Shown here piece by piece: positions 12,758 to 26,400 of a DNA stretch of 64,000 nucleotides (positions are counted from its first letter, which is position 1; each line of letters starts with the position of its first letter). The position numbers and the translations under genes were made by a program. The notes beneath the pieces were generated by a model, which was not told the DNA's origin, did not search any database, and was given only the letters and a program-made list of their open reading frames with translations. The stretch covers positions 32,118,001 through 32,182,000 of the forward strand of contig NC_058368.1 in NCBI RefSeq assembly GCF_018350175.1, in the 5' to 3' direction. The DNA comes from Felis catus. Its lineage: Eukaryota.

Positions 12758-14074
12758 GAAACTCTGAAAGTATTTGTCCAAAGGAAAACAAATTAGAAAT
12801 AAAGAAAATAATTAAAAATATTGTCTCTATAGACAAAAAAATAATCTCAGGTGGAATCATGAATATGCAATGAATATGCAAGAAAAAATATCAAGAAAAA
12901 GCTTAATATCTGGACTAAATGAATATTGAATGAAAACTAACTATAAAATAATAATGATAATGTGTTGAGGAAATCTGTAACGTACATCAAAATAAGATAT
13001 ATAACAACAATTACATATGGATTGGTAGATGATAACAGATTTTAAGTTATTTGCAATTAAGTAATTTGCAAGGAAGTGGTAAAACTATTAATTTATATTA
13101 CCTGATAATTAAAATCATGTTATAATATCTAGGATAACTAATAATAGAAATGAAAGGATGTATAACAAACAATCCAATTGAAGAACAGAGTAAAATAATT
13201 TTTATTCAATTCATAAGACAGTATATATATAGAAATAGAGAGAAAAAAAGGGATAAATACCAGATGGTAACATGACAGATTTAAGCATAAATATATAAAT
13301 AATAACAGTAACTGTAAATGTACTAGATATTCCAATTAAAAGATATATTATCATGCTGGAATCAAATATAAATAGCTTACTAAAGACATGCTTAAATTAT
13401 ACAAATAAAGAAAGATTGAAATATAAAAAAATAGAAGATAACAGGCAAATACAAATAAAAAATATTGAATAGGTATACAATGAACAGGTATACTGTATTA
13501 AATGAATATAAGTATGTTTACTATACTTGGATGAGTTTTCTATTCATCATTTGCTTATTTTGTAAGTTTTATTAATAAAATCCTATTTTACAAATTAGAT
13601 TAATAATACTTTTATTATTAATTACATTATATTTTTAACAAATATGTTTATGTATTATTTTTAAAGACCAATTATTCAGTATTTCTAACTGCTTTCTAAT
13701 AGTGCTTTCTTAGTATTATATGTCCTTTCCTTCATCATGAATTGTTTTATATTCCAAAGTAATATTTATTTTTACAGTTAATAGTTGGGGATATATAGTT
13801 TATATATAGTGTATTTTCTATTTCCCTAATTGATGTTATTTTCCTGGATTTTTTTTCTGAAAATTCTATAATATTTATTAGACTAAATACAGAAAACATT
13901 CACTTAGTACCTAAAAACAATTTGTTTCTATAAAATTCTAGGAAACAATATTTTTCATCATACTAAAAACAATATCAACTTCTAATTTCTACTGTTTCTG
14001 GGATTGGCTGTCAGTCAAATACGGTCCTTTTGTTTTCACTGTTACTTTTGATGAGATTTTCTCTTTATTTTTAA

Positions 14075-14580
14075 TGTTTTATACTTTATTACAAATTTTC
14101 ACAAGTCCAAGTATTTGAAAGGACTCACGAGAATCCATAGAACATATAAACCTAAGGTCTTTGATTAAAGACAACAGTAAGACACAGCAAGGGAGAGTGC
14201 AGACAATCATCAGAGGTCTTAGGAACATCCAGATGCAAGCTTAATAGGGTGCTCATTCACACATGGACACACTCCTCCAGTTTGAATCACCAAAATCTGT
14301 GCAATGAATCTTGGCTTCAGGAAAGCTCAGGGCAGAAGTTCCCAGTGGAGTCTTTTATGCCTCTCTGGTCAAGCCAGGCTGTCTAACCGATTATGCCGGG
14401 TGAAAATCATCAGTAAACAAACTGGCCTTAGAGGTTGCCAGGGGAGTTTCAGACTTTAAACAGCATGTCATAAACCCCACTGCTCTTATCTTGGTCCAGA
14501 GTCTAAGTCAGAAATCCTGAAGTCCCCAGAGATAAAGATAGAGCATTCCCGGGCGAGCCGTAAAATAACTCTATCCCACA
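14075..14580. mobile_element. Solo LTR, MER21/MER68/MER77-like (ERV class)
   Basis: 'gaaaggactcacgagaatc...catccagatgcaagctt' resembles MER21-group text; higher-GC island ending in 'cccaca'. Confidence 0.55.
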
Positions 14581-14599
14581 CAACTAGCATATTCTGGAT

Positions 14600-15650
14600 A
14601 TGAGTTTAATTTTCTTTACCCAGCTCAGTTTTCAGAATATACTTCTTATCTGAGGACTCACATCTTTATTCTTCTTAAACTTTGGACCTTATATAACTAA
14701 TTTGTAATGAACATGTGACAAAAAGAAAGTACCTATACTATTCATGCTCGTGTAAATAAAAGCATAGATGGTTAGGTGGGCAAATATATCACCCCTTTTG
14801 ATTGCTTTTGTCTCATATACTCACTTCATCTCTAAGCTTTAGTTACTTGTTCCTTAGACATTTTTATCATCTCAAATTCTCTCGTTCTCTATTTTGTACT
14901 TTCTCAATTCTTTTAGCTCTCAGTGTTCCGACTTGAATATTCTCCAGCTTACTAATGCCCTTTCTTCTCTGTTCCATTCAAAAGAATTTATCTATTGATC
15001 CTTTAATTTTAATTTTTGAATTTGTATTTCTATAATTTCCATTTGATGTTTATGTCAATTCTCTGGTTGACTTCTGTATCTTGTCATCTATTTCCTTGAA
15101 TATATCAATCACAATTACTTTAGAACCCATGTCTGAAAATGCAAATAACTCCATTGGTTCTCGGTGCTTGTCTGTATTTGAATCTCTTTCTATAATACTT
15201 CTTGGTCCTCTTTCTTTGTACACTTGGTAATATTTATTGGATTCTGTACATTATGTAAGAAACATTGCAGAGCCTCTGGGTGATGCTATCTTCTTTGCTC
15301 TGGGAAGTAGATACAGTGGGACAAATCAAAGTAACCAATCAGATGAGCTGACCCACTCCGGGCTGCATTTTTAATAAGACCTTTTTGGCATTTGGGTTGC
15401 TATGCTCCTGGCATATACCCCCTGGGGGATTTCCCACTTGGAGCATGAGTCATTTACCAAGATCCTTTTTCACAAGTGAATACTGAGGTACAATTTTGTT
15501 TTGTTTTGTTTTGTTTTGTGCCTTCTCTGAGCCACAAGACAGCTGAACATTCTGTTTTGCTTTACAAAAATTGTTTTACTTAACTTCTTAGACTTGCCCT
15601 GGGCAGTTTAAGAATTCAGAAAGTGCTTAAAGGGAACAAACCCGGGTAGA
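14600..15650 (-). mobile_element. Old L1 ORF1 / 5' region remnant
   Basis: Pyrimidine-rich antisense ORF1-like text such as 'tttctataatttccatttg' and 'tttccttgaatatatcaatcacaattacttt'. Confidence 0.5.
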
Positions 15651-15669
15651 CATCTGCTTCCAAGGAGAT

Positions 15670-16175
15670 CTTCTAACAGCAGGGGTCAAATTAAACTCCC
15701 CATTCAAACAATAGCAAAGTAGACATATAAATGAAAAATTGTTTTTGTTGGGCAATAGGCAGTACAGGACAATGATCCCCAAAAGAAGGGCAGTGAATGC
15801 AGTGAGCCCCTCAGCTGCTCTAGCTGCCTACGTGCAGAGTTATCAAGCAGCAAACTGGCAGCGGAGAGTCTGTGGGAGTTTGGCAGGACTGAGGAACGAC
15901 AGAAAAACTGGTAAAATACCTGAATGGAGATAGAGTCATTATTTTGGGGAAACTAAAGAGGCTAGAATTATCAAGCCAGAGAACCAAGAGGGAGAAAAGG
16001 AACAAGGACAAAATTATGGATGTCTGCAGAGGGTTCTCTTCTGAATTTCCAGCTCCGTAGTGATTAGCACACATGTGTGAAGAAGCCTCTGAGGCTAGGG
16101 AGAGAACTCTGTCAAGGGAGCAGAGGGAACCATCTCCAGAGGGCTGGAATGGTTTGCTTATTCACCACCCAGAGT
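15670..16175 (+). mobile_element. Old L1 (L1MC/MD-type) 5' end remnant
   Basis: 'ggcaataggcagtacaggacaatgatccccaaaagaagggcagtgaatgcagtgagccc' resembles L1MC/MD 5'-end consensus as I recall it. Confidence 0.5.
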
Positions 16176-16239
16176 AAATTTATTAAAGTACTTTAAGTTT
16201 ACAGAATGACCAGTGTGCTTTTGAGGACAAAAGAGAAAA

Positions 16240-16995
16240 GAGTACCTTTCTTTCCAGTGGCTAATAGGGAGTTAGGAGTGGGCAAGAAAATGTGTTTGAG
16301 CAAAGCCTTACAGATGAAAAGGTAATTTTTAGAAATATGGAAAGGAGAGATGGAGAAGGTTTAGGTAAACAAGCAGACAGAGGGCAGGAATCTGGGATGT
16401 TTTTAGAGAATTTTGTTCAGTATGGCTGCATCATAGGATGCATCAGAATAGGAGTGAGGCAAAAGAGAAACCTTGAGGGGTAGTCAAGTTCCAGACCTTG
16501 GAAGGATTTCAATAAATGCCCAAGAAGGGTGATATTATGGCCTATCATTTAAATATGGGAGGTACTGAAGTCTACAGAAAAATTAACCCGAGAAGGTATA
16601 TTGCAGAAAGGTCACTCGCAGCCCTGTGCATAATAATGAAATTAGATTCCATTTTTTAGAAATCAGTTAGAAACCTATTGTAATGTACCTTCAAAAGAGA
16701 GTGGATTCTGGAACCCATACTAGATAAGAGATAAGTTACAGGGGTGATATCAGTGGAACTGTGTCCCCATTAGATATGATGTAAGGAAAAAAAAAGGATT
16801 TCCAGTTGGGTAACATGGAGGTAATTCATCTGTATCATCATAGTGCTAATATAAATGAGAAACAGTTTAGGGGTAGAGAATTAAGGGCTTACTTTTGAAT
16901 AGGTTGAGTTTGAGTTATGGGACATCCAGGTAAAAATGTCAGGTGAACAGTTGTCTTTAAACATTTGAAAATCAGGACTAAAGTCTGTGCTAGTG
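16240..16995 (-). mobile_element. LINE-2 fragment
   Basis: 'ttttgaataggttgagtttgagttatgggacatccaggtaaaaatgtcaggtgaacagttg' is typical antisense L2. Confidence 0.7.
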
Positions 16996-18337
16996 ATACT
17001 CTTCCTCCAAATACATAACCATGTTTGATTAATAAAACTATTCCAAATATTTAAATATGATTTTAAAAGTTGGTAAACATATTGCAGACACATATCAAGC
17101 AATTGCATAAATAAAATTAGAATGTATAATATATGTCCAAATTCTCTGGCAATAATATTATTAACATGAATATGATATAAAGTAAATAAAGAGACACATT
17201 TAAAAAAAATTTTGTGTGGTATATTCCTGCATACCTCACCAATATACAATTTCATTAATTTTGAATAAAGGCAATATTCAACAAAATGTACTTGATCTAT
17301 CAATATAGTTATAAAAATAGAAAAAAACTTTAAAAAAAATTATAGTAATTGACATTTAAAACTGGTCTCATGTAACCTACTAATTAAAAAGGTAATTATG
17401 CCCCCTCAAAATAATAAGAACTACATAGCATAGTGTAAATAGTTCATCTGCCTCCTGAAATAGACAAAGTGTTAAGGAACTGTCTTCTGCATCATTAATT
17501 GGGCAAATAAATAACAACCCTGCCTAGATTATAGCAACTGATGATATGTGAGGGATAAGGGGCTAAAATAATTCCTGTAAATCAGCAGCAGTGTGATAGG
17601 AAATAGAGACAGATAATACATTATCACAAAGGGAGTTTGATGTGACACCACCTTTTATAATCAGATTTAGATGGCATTCTTCATTAGGTGACACAGACCA
17701 AGTTATTGTGGTCTATGAATGAGTTTGAAAGGAAATAAAATAACTTTGAGATATCCACGCACCAAAAATTTTAAATAACTAACAAAAATAAATGAAATGA
17801 AAATCCCTTCCTCTACCCATTTCTACCTTCTCATTCTTTTTATCAATAACATTAATTTGGCCTTTAGCTCAAAAATCACTTACTCAGAGAAAGCTTCCCT
17901 GACATTCTAATCTAAAATAAATCCTAGTCATAATTATTTTTACCAGGATATTTCCTACACAGTGGAAAGTAATTCCACTGTTTGCTACAACCATGGAAAA
18001 TAATGTATGTGGAAAGGAAGACACTGACCAGAAAACTGTGTTCTTTAAATTAGTATTTAATTTGTCTTTTTCCTAATAACTTTAAACAAAGAAGGTAACT
18101 TGAAGTTAAATGACAAAATAAAGAGTAGTAGCTTCTTAGTTTTATTTCTAACATCTAATATAATAAAACACTACACATCAAATAATTAGCAGGAGTATAA
18201 CAATAATAATTTCATACTTGAATAATTCAAATCTGAGGATGGAGAACCCCACTGAAATGATATTTTCCCTCTCATGGTAACTGATGACATTAATATACTT
18301 TGATTAATGTTAGTAAGCAATTATCATATTAGCTCAT

Positions 18338-18570
18338 GTTTATTGAGCACTTGCTGTTTGGCAGACACTGTCTTTAATGTTATATACATAGATTATTTCA
18401 TTTAAACCTGAAACCAACCCTATGAGATAGATACTACCATTAGCCCAATTTTCAAGATGGAGAAACTGAGGAAGCGTATAGTTACTCGCCCATATAGCCA
18501 CTAAGTGGCACAGCCAGGACTTGAAAACCATCATTTTAGCTCCAAACCTACATTGTCAAACATTGAACTG
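18338..18570 (-). mobile_element. MIR
   Basis: 'tttattgagcactt...cccaattttcaagatggagaaactgagg...gccactaagtggcacagccaggacttgaa' MIR core. Confidence 0.85.
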
Positions 18571-19042
18571 TCATGGAGCATGTTCTGTTGAGTGACAGGC
18601 TGCATGTCTGCATTATACAAGGACACATTGTAGTATCTCCACAAAGCTCACTTCAGAAATTACAACTGCTTGCTTATTTGTTAAATAGTTCCCTGCATAA
18701 TTTGAGTAGATCTATCAACATACATATAATACAAAGTAATGTTTTTATCGTATGTCAATCTCTGTCAATCTTTGGGGTAATAAAATTTGGGGAACATGTC
18801 TCCTCTGTAATGTTTACCTGTTCATGCCTAGCTGCAACCTGATAAAACCCTCCTGTCTTCAGCTGCCACAACTGAGTGAACTATAGTAAGTATAAGGTTC
18901 TGATATTGTTCAGATAGTTGAAGAAATCTGCCTGTATGCAGAGAGCATAAAGCAGCTAATATATTAAACTGCAGATCATAAAGCAGAAAGACAGAAATAG
19001 TTTGATCTTTCTGTCTCAACAAACTGAAATCTCCAGTCTGAT

Positions 19043-19105
19043 GGAAGGAAGGAAGGAAGGAAGGAAGGAAGGAAGGAAGGAAGGAAGGAAGGGAGGGAAG
19101 GAGGA
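19043..19105. repeat. (GGAA)n tetranucleotide microsatellite
   Basis: About 12 perfect GGAA units followed by degenerate ones. Confidence 0.95.
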
Positions 19106-19434
19106 AGTGACTTGCTGAAAAAAGAGAAGCATTCCTAATTTTCAGAGACCGTGTAACTATTTTATCCTTAGTAACAGATAAAGTATCTAAAATTTCTGGC
19201 ATTTTAGAAGGTAATGTCCATTATGGAAAAGAGGGAGCTACATGTACTTACTTACAGAGATGGAAACAGAAATGTACCCTAATCCTAATAACCAGATATT
19301 ATCAATGTCAGTATTTCAAAATATGCCCTTATAGTTCTTTGCATGTGTATATATGTCTGAATTTATTTGCTTAATGTGAGTGATTTGTAAGATCAGTCAT
19401 CCTTTTAGTGTATGAGATACTTTTTCTAATTATT

Positions 19435-19642
19435 TTTCAATTTTTTTAACGTTTATTCATTTTTGAGGGACAGTGAGAGACAGAGTGCGGGAGAGGGGCA
19501 GAGAGAGAGGGAGATACAGAATCTGAAACAGGCTCCAGGTTCAAAGCTGTCAGCACAGATGCCAGGCTTGAACCCATGATCCATGAGATCATGATCTGAG
19601 CTGCAGTTGGACGTTTAATCTACTAAGCCACCCAGGTGTCCC
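19435..19642 (-). mobile_element. CanSINE (feline type)
   Basis: Full body; TSD tttttctaattatt at 19421-19434 and 19646-19659. Confidence 0.95.
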
Positions 19643-19891
19643 TATTTTTTCTAATTATTAGTATATCCATATACATTACTGAAAACAACCACAACGAATA
19701 CAATTATAATGAAATGTATGTTTGAATAAATTAACTGCAATTCTATTTCTGATAGTTAAGCAACATTAATATTTCCTATTAATGTTTGGATTAGTTTGAG
19801 TTATAAATTTATTTTTTGCATTTTTATTATTTCATGATATATGGTATATCGAACTATTATATTAAGTTTCATTGAAGTTATGATTATTAAC

Positions 19892-20531
19892 TGTAGTAGT
19901 TTTCTATCACTGCATAGCAAATTACCACAAATTTAAAACAGTACACATTTATTAGTTCATGGTTTAATAGAATAGAAGTTTGGGCAGATTCAACTGAGTT
20001 GTCTGTTGAGGGTTTCACAAGACTGAAATCAAAGTGTTTGTCAGGCTAGGTTCTGATCTGGGACATTATGGAAGAATCCACTTAAAAAATTATTTCAGTT
20101 TTGGATAGAATTCACTCCTTATCGATGTAGGACTAAAGTATCTGTTTTCTTGCTGTTAGCCTAGGCTCGCTCTCAGCTTCTAGAGAGCATTTTTCTGTCT
20201 TTACTCTTGGCTAACTCCACATTGAAAACAAGTCATGGCACAACACATCTTTTTCTCTTGCTTTGCATCTCTCTAACTTACCCTCTACAACCAGTTAAGG
20301 AAAAAAAAAAAATCTTTATAGGACTCGTGTGATTAGATCAAGCCCACCTACAAAATCTCCTATTTAATTAACTTGAGGTCAGCTAACTTATAACCTTAAT
20401 AATAAGTGCAATATTCCTTTTGCCATGTAACCTAACATAATAATGGGCACAATATCTTATCTGTTTCATAGTCTTGGGGATTACGGCAGGAAATCTTGGT
20501 GGGGGGTCATTTTACAATTCTGCCTACCACA
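19892..20531 (-). mobile_element. MaLR solo LTR (MLT1D/E-like)
   Basis: Starts 'tgtagtagttttctatcactgcatagcaaattaccacaaattt' and ends 'aattctgcctaccaca' (TGTGGTAGGCAGAAT on the minus strand), the MLT1 termini. Confidence 0.85.
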
Positions 20532-21646
20532 ATAATATCTGGTTTCCTGACTATTCTACTAATACATCATCATTTATGGAAGCATAAAAAAAAGAAAGTT
20601 GATTTTTAATTCATTTTGAGTTCTCAGATATTTAAATAAATATTAATTCATTATAAATATAAAATCATATTCACATGTTTTTAAATGTCAAATATTTTAT
20701 TTTAAACTAAATATGTAAATATTTATTAATATTCCACAAACATTTAATAAAGAATAATAAAATTATGAACAGAAATATTATGTATTTTAATTAGTTGATT
20801 CGCTTGGGCTTTTTCATTTTATAATGATATCGTTTTACATAAAGATATATTTGTGCCTTTCCAGTTGTCCTGTTTCTTGTCTGTTTTGTTTTCTCCCTGA
20901 AGAATTCCCATTAATAATTGATTAAATTGTCTCAGTGTCTTTTCTATTTCTCTATTTCCACTCTTCATTTTTAATTCTTTACATTTTTTCTCTGAATAAT
21001 GTGAGGATGTTTTAAGTCAATTTTATTCCATTAATTTACTTTTCTGCAGCAACTGCTCTGTTTACTGCTTTTATTGCTTTAAAAATATTTTCTTGTCTTC
21101 ATGTCTTCTATTTTGGATTTAGAATCTATTTATGATTATCTTATTCTATGTTATAAATTTAACATCAGTTCCAATCTCACTGGAAAGACATTTTAGCTCT
21201 TTTGGAATCTATATCTATTTTTTAATAAAATCTATTTTATAGGTTGACATTTTTGGAGTAATTAAATGTGGTCTATTCCTTTGAACTACAGTTTCTGTTA
21301 ATATCTGCTATTTTCCCTGAGTTCATCCTTAGAGATTGATGCCTAGCTCAGGATTCATAGACTATTGTGTGTCCTTGCCTGAATCTTTTAAATCTGGATA
21401 AAGTTCAAAGGGAAATTTTTTATTACCAATGAATTTCCATGAATGCCTCAAAGATCTAGCAGCTAAGGGAGTAGAGGTTAGAAGTGGTCCCAGTGCTGGA
21501 TATCACCTAAGAGAGGAGAAAACAGTGTGTTGAGAAATGGAATCTAGGAATTTTCTAACTAATAATCTCAGACATGGTTTTCTAAGAAATACTGAGCCAA
21601 CTGTTAACTTAGAGGAAACCTCCCAGGATCGGCTGTCTGCGTAATT

Positions 21647-21835
21647 TAGAGTTGCCAGATAAAATACAGAACTTCCAGCTAAACTTGAACTCAGAAAAAG
21701 AGAAAACATTTTTAGTATAAGTAGGCCCCACATATATTTAGTACATATACTAAAAACATTATCTAAATTCTGCTTATCTGAAATTCAAATTAATCGGACA
21801 TCCTGTATTTGTATTTGCTAAATCTGGCGACTCTA
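21647..21835. mobile_element. MER53 palindromic hAT MITE
   Basis: Terminal inverted repeats tagagttgccagat / atctggcgactcta (13 of 14), internal palindromic arms, 189 bp. Confidence 0.9.
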
Positions 21836-23403
21836 AATACTGTGAAGGGCAGATAACATTTAGTTGCACGTTAGCTAACTCATTTCACACATCACATTCA
21901 TTCTTTTCTTTTGTGCCAAGATAAAAAGTCTCACTGAGATTCTGTTCAAAGGCACTGCCTTATTGTTGCCTTGCTGCTGCTTTTCAAATACAGAGATTGT
22001 CAATTGGCTCTTACTATGACACTGGGTTATACACACTTTTTCATAAGGAAGTAATCAACTGCTGATTTCTGAACATTATTCTTGCCTACCTCATAGTGAT
22101 GATTCCTCATTTTGCAAATCATTGGTAATTTCAATGGTGGTCTGATGGTGAATTTAGGAAAAATCTATCTCAAACCCTTTCAATGCCATTTTGCAAATCT
22201 ATCTTTAAAGTTCCTCAGATTTTATCACTAATTCACCCAGACAACTAGCCACCTCCCCCTGATCAGTAAACCAGATTGACTAGTTTGCCAAATGATTTTA
22301 ACTGATGGATAATATCGAGATGTGCAGTTTGAAAACTCTTAATAGTGGGTATCAATGCATTTCTTTTAAAATACATGATATCTGTGTATAATATATTATG
22401 TGCTGGGAATGCAGTTAAAAAGCACAAAGGACACATTGAAAATATATCTTTCCCCATAGTGAAAGGGCTCCATCATGGTGATACGCAGTTGAGCAAAAAT
22501 CTAAAACAGCAAATATCAGCTAGGATGCACCATCTTTCCGTGGCATCCACAGTCAGGAGGCAGAGAGCAATTTACAGGCAGCAGCTATCCATGTGCAGCA
22601 GCACCGTGGCATTACAACCCAGCTACCAAATGAAATCAGGGGGAGCTTTTTCCCATGAAATTGGGGGCAAGAGGCTATGCTTTGCTTGGTGTGGCTGTTT
22701 CCTTTCTGTATATATTTACTTATTTGCTTTACATCTGTTGTGTGTTGCAGCCAGAAGTTTGCTCCCATAAATGAGAGGTGGGACTAGATACTCTCTGGGA
22801 TTGCTGCTACTTCTACATTTCTCCCTTGGGAAATTCGTTAGGCCAGCCTGGGTATCTGGACTTAGTTAACAATGTCCTAGAAATGGAAAATAAAAAGTCA
22901 CAACCCTGGTTAAATCCATAAAAGAAACGAAAAGAAATCTTTCGTTGTGTAAGTCAGTCATTCAGGATGCGTAGACACATAAGGAACTCAGGAAACAGGT
23001 CATTGTTTTGGAGAACTAAAGAGTCCCTTCATGTTACTCAGTCCCAAATACATGGCAATGGCTGAAATCTTTCTGGGCTGTTTACTTTTAATCCTGAAGT
23101 GGACTCACAAGCAACTCTTAACATTTCTTTTCTACCATTGGGAAACCAATTTTTTTTTTTTTTTAGGCATCTTATTTTTTTTTATATGAAATTTATTGAC
23201 AAATTAGTTTCCATACAACACCCAGTGCTCATCCCAAAAGGTGCCCTCCTCAATACCCATCACCCACCCTCTCCTCCCTCCCACCCCCCATCAACCCTCA
23301 GTTTGTTCTCAGTTTTTAAGAGTCTCTTATGCTTTGGCTCTCTCCCACTCTAACCTGTTTTTTTTTTTTTCCTTCCCCTCCCCCATGGGTTCCTGTTAAT
23401 TTC

Positions 23404-26400
23404 TCAGGGTCCACATAAGAGTGAAACCATATGGTATCTGTCTTTCTCTGTATGGCTTATTTCACTTAGCATCACACTCTCCAGTTCCATCCACGTTGCT
23501 ACAAAAGGCCATATTTCATTTTTTCTCATTGCCACGTAATATTCCATTGTGTATATAAACCACAATTTCTTTATCCATTCATCAGTGGATGGACATTTAG
23601 GCTCTTTCCATAATTTGGCTATTGTTGAGAGTGCTGCTATGAACATTGGGGTACAAGTGGCCCTATGCATCAGTACTCCTGTATCCCTTGGATAAATTCC
23701 TAGCAGTGCTATTGCTGGGTCATAGGGTAGGTCTATTTTTAATTTTCTGAGGAACCTCCACACTGCTTTCCAGAGCGGCTGCACCAATTTGCATTCCCAC
23801 CAACAGTGCAAGAGGGTTCCCGTTTCTCCACATCCTCTCCAGCATCTAGAGTCTCCTGATTTGTTCATTTTGGCCACTCTGACTGGCGTGAGGTGATACC
23901 TGAGTGTGGTTTTGATTTGTATTTCCCTGATAAGGAGCGACGCTGAACATCTTTTCATGTGCCTGTTGGCCATCCGGATGTCTTCTTTAGAGAAGTGTCT
24001 ATTCATGTTTTCTGCCCATTTCTTCACTGGGTTATTTGTTTTTCGGGTGTGGAGTTTGGTGAGCTCTTTATAGATTTTGGATACTAGCCCTTTGTCCGAT
24101 ATGTCATTTGCGAATATCGTTTCCCATTCCGTTGGTTGCCTTTTAGTTTTGTTGGTTGTTTCCTTTGCTGTGCAGAAGCTTTTTATCTTCATAAGGTCCC
24201 AGTAATTCACTTTTGATTTTAATTCCCTTGCCTTTGGGGATGTGTCGAGTAAGAGATTGCTACGGCTGAGGTCAGAGAGGTCTTTTCCTGCTTTCTCCTC
24301 TAAGGTTTTGATGGTTTCCTGTCTCACATTTAGGTCCTTTATCCATTTGGAGTTTATTTTTGTGAATGGTGTGAGAAAGTGGTCTAGTTTCAACCTTCTG
24401 CATGTTGCTGTCCAGTTCTCCCAGCACCATTTGTTAAAGAGGCTGTCTTTTTTCCATTGGATGTTCTTTCCTGCTTTGTCAAAGATGAGTTGGCCATACG
24501 TTTGTGGGTCTAGTTCTGGGGTTTCTATTCTATTCCATTGGTCTATGTGTCTGTTTTTGTGCCAATACCATGCTGTCTTGATGATGACAGCTTTGTAGTA
24601 GAGGCTAAAGTCTGGGATTGTGATGCCTCCTGCTTTGGTCTTCTTCTTCAAAATTCCTTTGGCTATTCGGGGCCTTTTGTGGTTCCATATGAATTTTAGG
24701 ATTGCTTGTTCTAGTTTCGAGAAGAATGCTGGTGCAATTTTGATTGGGATTGTATTGAATGTGTAGATAGCTTTGGGTAGTATTGACATTTTGACAATAT
24801 TTATTTTTCCAATCCATGAGCAGGGAATGTCTTTCCATTTCTTTATATCTTCTTCATTTCCTTCATAAGCTTTCTATAGTTTTCATCATACAGATCCTTT
24901 ACATCTTTGGTTAGATTTATTCCTAGGTATTTTATGCTTCTTGGTGCAATTGTGAATGGGATCAGTTTCTTTATTTGTCTTTCTGTTGCTTCATTGTTAG
25001 TGTATAAGAATGCAACTGATTTCTGTACATTGATTTTGTATCCTGCAACTTTGCTGAATTCATGTATCAGTTCTAGGAGACTTTTGGTGGAGTCTATCGG
25101 ATTTTCCATGTATAATATCATGTCATCTGCAAAAAGCGAAAGCTTGACTTCATCTTTGCCAATTTTGATGCCTTTGATTTCCTTTTGTTGTCTGATTGCT
25201 GATGCTAGAACTTCCAGCACTATGTTAAACAGCAGCGGTGAGAGTGGGCATCCTTGTCGTGTTCCTGATCTCAGGGAAAAAGCTCTCAGTTTTTCCCCGT
25301 TGAGGATGATGTTAGCTGTGGGCTTTTCATAAATGGCTTTTATGATCTTTAAGTATGTTCCTTCTATCCCGACTTTCTCAAGGGTTTTTATTAAGAAAGG
25401 GTGCTGGATTTTGTCAAAGGCCTTTTCTGCATCGATTGACAGGATCATATGGTTCTTCTCTTTTTTTTTTTGTTAATGTGATGTATCACGTTGATTGATT
25501 TGCGAATGTTGAACCAGCCCTGCATCTCAGGAATGAATCCCACTTGATCCTGGTGAATAATTCTTTTTATATGCCGTTGAATTCGATTTGCTAGTATCTT
25601 ATTGAGAATTTTTGCATCCATATTCATCAGGGATATTGGCCTGTAGTTCTCTTTTTTGACTGGGTCTCTGTCTGGTTTAGGAATCAAAGTAATACTGGCT
25701 TCATAGAATGAGTCTGGAAGTTTTCCTTCCCTTTCTATTTCTTGGAATAGCTTGAGAAGGATAGGTATTATCTCTGCTTTAAACGTCTGGTAGAACTCCC
25801 CTGGGAAGCCATCTGGTCCTGGACTCTTATTTGTTGGGAGATTTTTGATAACCGATTCAATTTCTTCGCTGGTTATAGGTCTGTTCAAGCTTTCTATTTC
25901 CTCCTGATTGAGTTTTGGAAGAGTGTGGGTGTTCAGGAATTTGTCCATTTCTTCCAGGTTGTCCAGTTTGTTGGCATATAATTTTTCATAGTATTCCCTG
26001 ATAATTGTTTGTATCTCTGAGGGATTGGTTGTAATAATTCCATTTTCATTCATGATTTTATCTATTTGGGTCATTTCCCTTTTCTTTTTGAGAAGCCCGG
26101 CTAGAGGTTTGTCAATTTTGTTTATTTTTTCAAAAAACCAACTCTTGGTTTCGTTGATCTGCTCTACAGTTTTTTTAGATTCTATATTGTTTATTTCTGC
26201 TCTGATCTTTATGATTTCTCTTCTTCTGCTGGGTTTAGGCTGCCTTTGCTGTTCTGCTTCTAGTTCCTTTAGGTGTGCTGTTAGATGTTGTATTTGGGAT
26301 TTTTCTTGTTTCTTGAGATAGGCCTGGATTGCAATGTATTTTCCTCTCAGGACTGCCTTCACTGCGTCCCAAAGCGTTTGGGTTGTTGTATTTTCATTTT

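Larger units (their letters stand above)
11710..13480 (+). mobile_element. Old L1 ORF1 to ORF2-start remnant, interrupted by two CanSINEs
   Basis: 'tggaagaaataatggctgagaaattt' (EEIMAE.F-like ORF1 motif) near 12250 and 'aataacagtaactgtaaatgtactagatattccaattaaaaga' (endonuclease start motif) near 13300. Confidence 0.65.

Noticed and set aside
22345..22770. 141-aa ORF and a REST-like 'cagcaccgtgg' word
   Set aside because: No protein similarity that I recognise; the motif lacks the GGACAG half-site.
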